A stretch of 64,000 bases of DNA from an uncultured virus (IMG/VR IMGVR_UViG_3300045911_000603) (lineage: Duplodnaviria > Heunggongvirae > Uroviricota > Caudoviricetes), in IMG/VR virus record IMGVR_UViG_3300045911_000603. One strand, 5' to 3'. The notes under the pieces are model-generated. The model had not been told where the DNA came from. It worked only from the letters and a program-made list of their open reading frames with translations, and ran no database searches. Made by a program: the position numbers and the translations under genes. Positions 56,381-64,000 of the stretch are shown here, piece after piece. Positions within the stretch are counted from its first letter, which is position 1; every line of letters starts with the position of its first letter.

Positions 56381-59300
56381 ATGAATGCCCATTCAATGAA
56401 TCCACATGCTGCCAAAAATCTAACTACTGCAACCGAGAAATTCATTCATGGTAATGTTTGGGGGTTCGACCTTGGCACAGGGTCCATCGCTCACGCGGTC
56501 AGATCCGGGGCAGAGTTTCGTGATGTGGGCGTCCTGATTTGCGATAGCGAAATTGGTGCGTTGGTTAAACGCAATGAAAGAAGACGTAACCGCCGAACTC
56601 TGCGTTCCAGAAATTACAGACGCAAGTGGACAACGGAGCAGTTGGAACGCATCGGCATCCCAAAACCTAACGCTGATTTCTACAAGAAGCAGGCCAATGA
56701 ATCCCACGAGCAATTCCAACATCGAACCAATCCTGTCATTCTTCGCTGTCGCGCTTTGTCTGGCGAACCCTTGGATCCGATGCAGTTGCATGCGGCAATT
56801 TCGCACCTCTGGAAACGTCGAGGTTATGAGCCTGCGGTCCCGTGGAGCAAGGAAAGCGAACCAACGAGCAGAAAACGTGCAGGCGAAAAGAATAAATCAG
56901 AATGGGTAGGAATGGTCTCACCTGAGCAGAACCAAAAGGAATTCAATCAAAGCGGGGACGAGTATCCCGCGCAGTTTCTTAAACGGCTCATGGAGAGCAG
57001 AATCGCGGCGAATACATGGCCGCGTGGCAAATACGATCAGCGACGACGTGTGTGGTTGCGCGAATTGCTGGTGAAGGAATTCCGAGCAATAGTCGCCAAA
57101 AATGATGTTCTCCAGAAAGACATAACATTCACAAATGAGAATGGCAAGACTCTGACCATACCATTCGCGCAATGGCTTCTTTATGGTGATGGCGAACTAC
57201 GCACACGGAATGGGAAAGAGTGTAGGTGGTATGAGAAGTCATCACAAGGTCGCAATCCTGGCGTGCTTGGCCTCAAATGGCCTCGATTCAACAATCGCAA
57301 TCCTTCCCTGGACATGCTCCACCCCTACGATGCAAATGGGCGACCTCAGCATGTCGTCAGCAAAGATTCGCCTATCGCTCGCCAAGCCATGTGGAAGATC
57401 GCCACCGTCAACTTCATGGTTACAGATCTCAAAACCGGCAAACGTGTGCGACCCAGCCAGGAGAGTCTAGTCAAACTCGAAGAAATCTGGTTGAACTCGC
57501 TCACCAAAAAAGAACGCGAGAAATACTTGGCGGGCCATCATGATTTTGATGTCAAAATTAGTGCGAAGGATAAGATAAACAAGAAAGGTGAGGTTTCCAA
57601 GGAAAGCATCCTGACCAAGTGGATTTCGCTTTATCGGGACCAGTATGCCTTGCTGGAGGATCAGCAGGATCTTGTATCTTATTCGGGCGAGGGCCGATCT
57701 CGCTATTCGACGCCCACCCTCAAGGCGATATTGGCAGGTGATGACGAGGCGTTGCAAAAGACACCTCAACCTGTCCTCGTTCGTCAGGGACAAAGCCGCG
57801 AAGATGCAATGCGGGAGTTTTTGGCCAATGTTCGCAGTCCATTGGTGCGCCACCGTCTGACTTTGTTTCTTCGGGTGCTTGACAATCTGGTCGCAAAATA
57901 CGGACTTCCTGATTTAATCATCGTCGAGGCGGCTCGCAGTTTTGGCATGGGACGCAAGGCCAAGGAGGAATACATGAAAGTCCTGGCCTCCAATAAGGAG
58001 GAGAACAACCAAGCCGTTGATCATGCCAAAAAGGAGGGATTCTCAACCTCCAAAAAGGCTTTGTTGCGTTACAAATTATGGAAAGAAGCTGATGGTCGTT
58101 GTCCCTTCTGTGGAAAAGCAATATCCATTGAGCAATTTAAGAATGGTGACGCAGACATCGCTCACATTGTCCCAAGGTCCATCCGCGCATGCAACGATTT
58201 CTACAACCTAACCGTTGCTCATGCTGATTGCAATAGGCGCGAAATGGAGAACAAGATTCCTCGTGATGCCTTTGGCCACCGCTGGCACGAGTTGGAGGCC
58301 TTTGCCCGCTCGCACTTCAAGGAAAAAAAACTGGAGCTTTTCCTAGCCTCCAACCTCGCTGAAGCGATGGATATTCTCGACGCCAAGAACCATCTCTGCA
58401 TGACAGCGTATTTGTCTAAGTTGATACGTCGTCTGTGCATCATCCGCTTTGGCTGGCAGGGTAAGGATGGACGCGACCCGTCCGACGAGGCAGGGAATCT
58501 GCCAAGCCAGAAATTCCTCGTAACCAATGGCAGCATCACCTCAGAGCTAAGGCGGGCCTGGGGTATCAACACGCTACTGCACCCCGTGGCTTCTTATACG
58601 GATGACGAGTGGCGAAATCTTTCCGAGAAGGAACGCGAGAAAGTCAAGGAGAAGCGTCGGAATGCTCAGAGTAAGAATCGTGGCGATCTTCGTCATCATG
58701 GACTTGATGCCATGGTTATTGCTTGCACGCTGCCTCACCTCGCCAGGCGAGTCGTGGACCGCGGCGAGGATGCCGAAGGCAATCTGATTTGGTGGAAAAT
58801 GCGCGAGCGTAAAAGGCGGATACTAGCCGTCAATCCTGTGTTTCCGGGTTTTGGCAATTTCCGCAAGGAGGCCGAAAAATGGCGCGACAGCATGACAGTG
58901 CTCCATCATGTAGCAAGTTCGCGAAATTGCCAACCAGCCCAGACCACATTTTACTCCAGGCGAGGTATTGAGAAATTCATCGCCCGTGAAGAGGTCACCA
59001 ATCTTTCCCCGAAAGATCTCCATGCTGAAGGATCGCGCATATGCCGCGTTCATCCTGAAGAGCTGGGTCATTACTTGCATTTGCTTTGGGTGCGTTATAC
59101 GCATCAAATGCGAAACTACTTGGAGGCTGTGCGTGACTCCTGGCTAAAGGAGCACCCGTTGACCACCCAAGAAAAACCCGAGGAAGTAGTTAAAAAATTC
59201 AAAAAACGCCTGCGCTTTGAGGAATTTGAACTATGGCGTTGCTGTGGCAAGCTGTTTCCAGCCACAATTCCAGACGAACCTGTCCACCCTATCAGGATTC

Positions 59301-59992
59301 AAGGCAAGATCGAACCTGCTTATCCAGAAGGAGGCCATCCCACTTTTATTCTGCCTGATTGCCAGGACTTGTTCTCAAACCTGACTTCGGACTTTGCAAA
59401 TCGCCTTTGTTTTTCGGCCTTTCAGAAATGGAGGGCCAGAGGCATGCCTGCGAATCCCGATTTCCCAAATCGTGTGCGCATTCCAATTACCAAGGTGCGC
59501 TACATCGCCAAACTTAGCCTCGGCAATGCGGTGCCAGGTCCAAAAACCATGCCTGGTTTCGGCTCATACCCTGTCTATGTGAGCCGAACCGAAATCCACG
59601 AGGTTCGCATCTCGCCAGCCAAGGCAGGCGATGGCTTCCTGCCTGTTTTTGTGCCTACTGGTCGCAACTATCCATGGGCCTCGCCCTTCGGCGAATACAT
59701 GAAGGATGTCAAGCCCGTGTGCATAATTCGCAAGCGTCAGCGAATCCAACTCGTTGAAGACTATAGTCAATCTGTCGTGGCGGGCACGTATGTTGTAGAG
59801 GTATTGTGCGCATATCACGCAATCATTAGCCTTCCCCATGTTGCCCGCAATCCTGAATCCCGAAAAGCCTTCGGCATGCCCGCATCAGGATTCAAAGTTC
59901 TTTGGAGCCGTTTGATTCCTGCAATAGGAATTCCCTTCTCGGCCAGCGCATTGGGTAAAAAAATCCATGAGGAGGAGGATCAGAATGGATAG
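56381..59992 (+). CDS. cas9: Type II-C Cas9
   Basis: RuvC-I GFDLG, Arg-rich bridge helix, KRRGY, RuvC-II IVEAAR, HNH CPFCG...IAHIVP...NLT...CN, RuvC-III HHGLDA. Confidence 0.95.
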   Translation: MNAHSMNPHAAKNLTTATEKFIHGNVWGFDLGTGSIAHAVRSGAEFRDVGVLICDSEIGALVKRNERRRNRRTLRSRNYRRKWTTEQLERIGIPKPNADFYKKQANESHEQFQHRTNPVILRCRALSGEPLDPMQLHAAISHLWKRRGYEPAVPWSKESEPTSRKRAGEKNKSEWVGMVSPEQNQKEFNQSGDEYPAQFLKRLMESRIAANTWPRGKYDQRRRVWLRELLVKEFRAIVAKNDVLQKDITFTNENGKTLTIPFAQWLLYGDGELRTRNGKECRWYEKSSQGRNPGVLGLKWPRFNNRNPSLDMLHPYDANGRPQHVVSKDSPIARQAMWKIATVNFMVTDLKTGKRVRPSQESLVKLEEIWLNSLTKKEREKYLAGHHDFDVKISAKDKINKKGEVSKESILTKWISLYRDQYALLEDQQDLVSYSGEGRSRYSTPTLKAILAGDDEALQKTPQPVLVRQGQSREDAMREFLANVRSPLVRHRLTLFLRVLDNLVAKYGLPDLIIVEAARSFGMGRKAKEEYMKVLASNKEENNQAVDHAKKEGFSTSKKALLRYKLWKEADGRCPFCGKAISIEQFKNGDADIAHIVPRSIRACNDFYNLTVAHADCNRREMENKIPRDAFGHRWHELEAFARSHFKEKKLELFLASNLAEAMDILDAKNHLCMTAYLSKLIRRLCIIRFGWQGKDGRDPSDEAGNLPSQKFLVTNGSITSELRRAWGINTLLHPVASYTDDEWRNLSEKEREKVKEKRRNAQSKNRGDLRHHGLDAMVIACTLPHLARRVVDRGEDAEGNLIWWKMRERKRRILAVNPVFPGFGNFRKEAEKWRDSMTVLHHVASSRNCQPAQTTFYSRRGIEKFIAREEVTNLSPKDLHAEGSRICRVHPEELGHYLHLLWVRYTHQMRNYLEAVRDSWLKEHPLTTQEKPEEVVKKFKKRLRFEEFELWRCCGKLFPATIPDEPVHPIRIQGKIEPAYPEGGHPTFILPDCQDLFSNLTSDFANRLCFSAFQKWRARGMPANPDFPNRVRIPITKVRYIAKLSLGNAVPGPKTMPGFGSYPVYVSRTEIHEVRISPAKAGDGFLPVFVPTGRNYPWASPFGEYMKDVKPVCIIRKRQRIQLVEDYSQSVVAGTYVVEVLCAYHAIISLPHVARNPESRKAFGMPASGFKVLWSRLIPAIGIPFSASALGKKIHEEEDQNG

Positions 59993-59994
59993 GC

Positions 59995-60987
59995 ATGAGA
60001 CACATTATCCATCTTCTCGGTCCCCACATTAGCGCACGTCTGTCGCGGGATCAGCTTGTCATTGAGGATAGATCCAAAGAAACCCAACGAACGGTGCCCG
60101 TGGAGGACATCGGCTTGCTTATCTGCGCGGCCAATGACACTGTTTTTACCGCCAGTGCTCTGCGGCGTCTAGCGCAATGGAATGTGCCTGTGCTCGTATG
60201 CAATGAATCCTACGAGCCTGCGGCCATGTGCCTGCCTTACTTTCGGCCAACGGATACTGCATTGCTTCGTTCTCAGATAACGTGGGATCTGGAGTGGCAA
60301 GATGCGATATTTCGCCGCCTGATCACGGCCAAGGTAAGGAATCAGGCAGCCAATCTTGAAGGCAAGGCCAGCGATGTTGTGCGCGCCATCGCCGCCCGCT
60401 GTGCTGCCGGAAGGTTTCGTGCAGCAGATCAACCAGGGTCCGGTAAGAGAATCGCCACGGTAACCGGCAGCCGTCGCCACTTGCTGTATTCAGATACTCC
60501 TGCGGCCTGCGAATCCCGGGCCGCAAGGATCTATTGGAGGCGATTTCTTCCACCGCTCATTGCGAAGCTGGGAACGACAGAAAAAACTCGGATCCACGGA
60601 ACCCGAATGGGAGTAAATGGCATGCTCGACTACGGCTACGCAATTCTGCGCAGTGCCGTTCTACGCGCTCTTGCATCTCGCGGGTTTATTGCCGCATTGG
60701 GCCTGCACCACACAGCCCGAGCAGGCACTTTCGCTCTGGCGGATGATGTAATGGAGCCCTTTCGTCCTTTCATCGACCGCGCTTTACGCAACTATCTTGA
60801 GTCAGCAGAAATGCCTGATATGCGCGGGTGGATGCGTAATGCGGCGGATGTGCTAATGCAACCAGTCAAGATGCCTGCGGGCAATGTGCGCTTGCTGCAT
60901 GCACTGGACTTTGTAGTTAAGGATCTCGCTCAACTATCCATCAAGAATGACCCGAATGGAGTCCTCCCCATTCCGATTCTGGATTGA
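59995..60987 (+). CDS. cas1: Cas1
   Basis: VPVEDI, ESRAARIYW, NGMLDYGY, LGLHH, LADDVMEPFRP. Confidence 0.95.
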   Translation: MRHIIHLLGPHISARLSRDQLVIEDRSKETQRTVPVEDIGLLICAANDTVFTASALRRLAQWNVPVLVCNESYEPAAMCLPYFRPTDTALLRSQITWDLEWQDAIFRRLITAKVRNQAANLEGKASDVVRAIAARCAAGRFRAADQPGSGKRIATVTGSRRHLLYSDTPAACESRAARIYWRRFLPPLIAKLGTTEKTRIHGTRMGVNGMLDYGYAILRSAVLRALASRGFIAALGLHHTARAGTFALADDVMEPFRPFIDRALRNYLESAEMPDMRGWMRNAADVLMQPVKMPAGNVRLLHALDFVVKDLAQLSIKNDPNGVLPIPILD

Positions 60988-61331
60988 ATGCGCAGCGGAA
61001 CATGATTTGCACCAAATACCGCATGGCCTGGGTGGTTGTTATGTTTGATCTGCCGGTCGGAACTCCACAGGAACGTAAACTCGCCACGCATTTCCGCGAG
61101 GATTTAATCAGGGATGGTTATTTCAAGATGCAGTTCAGTGTGTATGCCCGCCCCTGCGGGAGTCCAGACAAAGCTGAAACCCACATGCGGAGGCTCAAAA
61201 GCAGAATACCTCCATGCGGCGAAGTTCGGGCTCTTACGATCACGGATGCGCAGTGGGGCAGAATGGTAGTCTTCCGAGGTCAGAAACAGACCAAATCGGA
61301 GAAGATGCCTGAGCAGTTGATGTTTTTTTAG
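60984..61331 (+). CDS. cas2: Cas2
   Basis: VMFDLP, FREDLIRDGYFKMQFSVY; no csn2 or cas4 follows. Confidence 0.95.
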   Translation: MNAQRNMICTKYRMAWVVVMFDLPVGTPQERKLATHFREDLIRDGYFKMQFSVYARPCGSPDKAETHMRRLKSRIPPCGEVRALTITDAQWGRMVVFRGQKQTKSEKMPEQLMFF

Positions 61332-61332
61332 C

Positions 61333-61467
61333 AAAAAACCGCCTCCAGCAGTAAATACTGGAGGCGGCAATAACCTTGCATCCTGCGGGTGTCATTGCTG
61401 ACAGTGCCGCAAGTTGGTTTGCTTATTTGGGATGTATGACCTCAATCCGACCAGGATCTTCTATACT
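61333..61467 (-). ncRNA. tracrRNA
   Basis: Anti-repeat AGTATAGAAGATCCTGGTCGGA...ATCCCAAAT followed by AAG, hairpins and terminator CCGCCTCCAG/CTGGAGGCGG-TTTTTT. Confidence 0.9.
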
Positions 61468-61474
61468 CGCAATG

Positions 61475-61502
61475 AGATTAGCAGAATTCTGCGTTCCGTC
61501 AA
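61475..61502 (-). promoter_or_regulatory. tracrRNA promoter
   Basis: TTGACG-N16-TAATCT with extended TG; palindrome GCAGAATTCTGC in the spacer. Confidence 0.6.
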
Positions 61503-61505
61503 CCT

Positions 61506-62929
61506 AGTGTAGAAGGCCCTGGTCGGAGGGCAATCCCAAACCCTCCCGTCCAGGCGGGGCGGCGTGTCGATAGTGTAGAAGGCCCTGGTCGGAGGGCAAT
61601 CCCAAACGACAGAAATCACGCGGATTTCGGGAAGGAAGTGTAGAAGGCCCTGGTCGGAGGGCAATCCCAAACGGTTTTTGCGTCGTCGAGGTTCACGGAT
61701 AGAAGTGTAGAAGGCCCTGGTCGGAGGGCAATCCCAAACGGATTGATTCGCCATGATATTATTCCCACGAGTGTAGAAGGCCCTGGTCGGAGGGCAATCC
61801 CAAACTTCGCCGGACAGCCGGAGAAGGTCGAGGGCAGTGTAGAAGGCCCTGGTCGGAGGGCAATCCCAAACGGCTCTCCCCGGCAGCGTCGGGGCCGCGT
61901 TAGTGTAGAAGGCCCTGGTCGGAGGGCAATCCCAAACATCTCCTCGACGATTGGCCGGAGGATGGCGTAGTGTAGAAGGCCCTGGTCGGAGGGCAATCCC
62001 AAACCAACAAAGCTGCAACGCCGTTGCACGCTTGAGTGTAGAAGGCCCTGGTCGGAGGGCAATCCCAAACCGAAGGGCCGCCGGGGTGCCAGCCCGGAGG
62101 AGTGTAGAAGGCCCTGGTCGGAGGGCAATCCCAAACGCGCAGACCGAGCATAAAAGCTCGTAGTCCAGTGTAGAAGGCCCTGGTCGGAGGGCAATCCCAA
62201 ACCTCGTCACCGTTTCACTCGCTTATCCCGGGAGTGTAGAAGGCCCTGGTCGGAGGGCAATCCCAAACGCCCGACCCCGTGACCATGTGGACCGTGAAGT
62301 GTAGAAGGCCCTGGTCGGAGGGCAATCCCAAACACAGCTGCTTCCACAGTCTCGGGCGAGACCAGTGTAGAAGGCCCTGGTCGGAGGGCAATCCCAAACC
62401 ACCCGTTCCAGGCCTGCGGCCCGGTTGCGAGTGTAGAAGGCCCTGGTCGGAGGGCAATCCCAAACCAAATCGTTGAATTTCTTGACGGGGATGTCAGTGT
62501 AGAAGGCCCTGGTCGGAGGGCAATCCCAAACTACGTCAAGCGTAGGGGAAGAATCAGAGATTAGTGTAGAAGGCCCTGGTCGGAGGGCAATCCCAAACTT
62601 CCGGGTCCGGCTGCCGTCCGGAATGGAGAGTATAGAAGGCCCTGGTCGGAGGGCAATCCCAAACGATTTGGCCGCCGTGCGGAAAGCGGTGGGGAAGTAT
62701 AGAAGGCCCTGGTCGGAGGGCAATCCCAAACGCACTTCTCGAAGCGGCACTTCGCCATCCAAGTATAGAAGGCCCTGGTCGGAGGGCAATCCCAAACGCA
62801 GTCAACGGCGCAACCGAGCCGCTCGCGAGTATAGAAGGCCCTGGTCGGAGGGCAATCCCAAACACTGCTCGGGATTGCTAGCGATTCGCTGCAAGTATAG
62901 AAGGCCATGGTCGGAGGGCAATCCCAAAC
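61506..62929 (-). CRISPR. CRISPR array, 22 repeats of 36 bp (GTTTGGGATTGCCCTCCGACCAGGGCCTTCTACACT), 21 spacers of 29-31 nt
   Basis: Counted directly; the five right-most repeats end TATACT and the last has one further change; orientation from GTTT start and tracrRNA complementarity. Confidence 0.97.
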
Positions 62930-63351
62930 GTTATTATCCCTGCGGCTAGAAAGAAGTAACCTTGGTAATTTGGTAATGGGGTTGCCGTGCCCTCGACGAT
63001 GCCGAGAAGTTGGGCATTGTTCGTGCTGATGGCCCGTCTCACGCTGTATGTGTGTTCTTGGCCCTTTAAATCTTTTACCGTTTTCTCAATTGCGAGGATG
63101 ACGTTGAATTCGCTCACCTCGATGTGACCTTCGGGGTTGGCGAGCCATTCCTGGGCAAAAGCCTCGTCGGCTTCGTATACGTATTTCAGCCAGACATTGG
63201 CCAATCCAGTGATGAAAAGGCTGCCTGCAAGTGCCGCAAAGATTAATTTTGAACGGTCAAGATGTTGATCTCCAAAGAGGTAGTTCCCGGTGTAAATGCC
63301 CATTATGAGTAGGACGAACGCGATGAGTAGGATTATGAGGAGAGCGGTCAT
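62878..63351 (-). CDS. Membrane protein whose 3' end runs through the terminal CRISPR repeat
   Basis: Three hydrophobic segments; last codons FGIALRPWPSIL are repeat-encoded. Confidence 0.6.
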   Translation of the reverse strand: MTALLIILLIAFVLLIMGIYTGNYLFGDQHLDRSKLIFAALAGSLFITGLANVWLKYVYEADEAFAQEWLANPEGHIEVSEFNVILAIEKTVKDLKGQEHTYSVRRAISTNNAQLLGIVEGTATPLPNYQGYFFLAAGIITFGIALRPWPSILAANR

Positions 63352-63396
63352 TGTAGGGATGCAAGCGAATTATTCATTCAACGAAACGCGGCGCGA

Positions 63397-63720
63397 TTAA
63401 ACCGCAACCTTTTCTCCCTCGACGATCATGTGGGCCGTGATGCTCAATCCGGCTTGGGGTAGGTGCGCCAATTCGCACACCTTTTGGTCGGCCAGCTCCT
63501 CGAACAACTTGTCGAGCGGGAAGTCGCCGGTAGCCTTGAGCAGGATTTCGGCGCAGGAGAAGGTAAGCAGCACCCCGTCAGGACGCCGATTCATGTGAAC
63601 CAGGTGCATGTATGGCACCGCAAATCGCTTGTCCTCCCCCAAGCGCACAGTCAACGCAAGGGAGCGTTCTTCCGGTTTCGTCGTCCAGGTTTTGATGCTC
63701 TTGCTTGGAGGGGTGGCCAT
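63397..63720 (-). CDS. Hypothetical protein
   Basis: 107-aa ORF with natural composition. Confidence 0.55.
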   Translation of the reverse strand: MATPPSKSIKTWTTKPEERSLALTVRLGEDKRFAVPYMHLVHMNRRPDGVLLTFSCAEILLKATGDFPLDKLFEELADQKVCELAHLPQAGLSITAHMIVEGEKVAV

Positions 63721-64000
63721 GAATGTGGGATTGACTCGCCGCTAATTATTGTTGAGTGTCACACCCTGCACTGTGAGTGGGTTATCTGCCTATGCCGTGA
63801 AGGATAAATCCTCGGCCTCCTCGCATTCTTTCTCATCACAGACCAAGGATGCCGAAGGGAGGCTTTTTTGCCCTGCCAACAAGCAGGCACTCCTCCCAGC
63901 CTCAACCTGGCGCACTTGGCGCACTTGGATCATTTGGTTCAGTCGGTTCAGCCTAACGGCCCCACGGCGCAAATGGCCGCGCAGCGACTCGGCCAAGGCG

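Noticed and set aside
61430..61440. GGATGTATGAC shared between the tracrRNA locus and the par repeats at 51112
   Set aside because: An 11-nt match can arise by chance in 64 kb; no mechanism evident
61542..62893. Self-targeting spacers
   Set aside because: No convincing match to this window seen by eye; needs alignment to exclude
61461..62949. Repetitive ORFs (FGIALRPGPST, VWDCPPTRAFY)
   Set aside because: Translations of CRISPR repeats

Overview
The window reads as part of a large conjugative plasmid or ICE. Pilin and hypothetical-protein styles suggest a Verrucomicrobia-like host (inference only). Left to right, mostly on the minus strand: (1) a surface/transfer block with a truncated metzincin protease, a large secreted protein, three type IV pilins, a sigma factor, an OmpA lipoprotein and a divergent VirB-type T4SS (VirB10, B6, B5, B4, B3, B2); (2) an anti-defence/cargo block with a DarB-like methylase-helicase, an ArdC-like protein, about a dozen small acidic proteins and two ankyrin proteins; (3) traK/traL/traM-like genes and VirD4; (4) a Rep-like/ScpB-like/ParA-RHH maintenance module bracketed by two inverted 10-bp repeat arrays and interrupted by a solo-tnpB IS200/IS605 element; (5) a helicase-less MOBF relaxase, an isochorismatase-GNAT pair, and a complete type II-C CRISPR-Cas9 locus (cas9-cas1-cas2, tracrRNA, 22 repeats). 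The most notable patterns are: a shared acidic-[ILV]-[STK]-[MAC]-stop C-terminal tag on the relaxase and most cargo proteins (candidate T4SS co-transfer signal); a complete dnaX-style -1 frameshift cassette that would fuse a nucleoid-type DNA-binding protein to a PAPS-reductase-like enzyme; a VirB5-like protein fused to a Tae3-like cell-wall amidase next to a candidate immunity gene; a 15-bp box upstream of three transfer operons; and a Cas9 with an HNH Asp-to-Ala change whose tracrRNA lies 38 nt downstream of the terminal repeat on the same strand. All family calls come from motif recognition by eye; no database searches were run.
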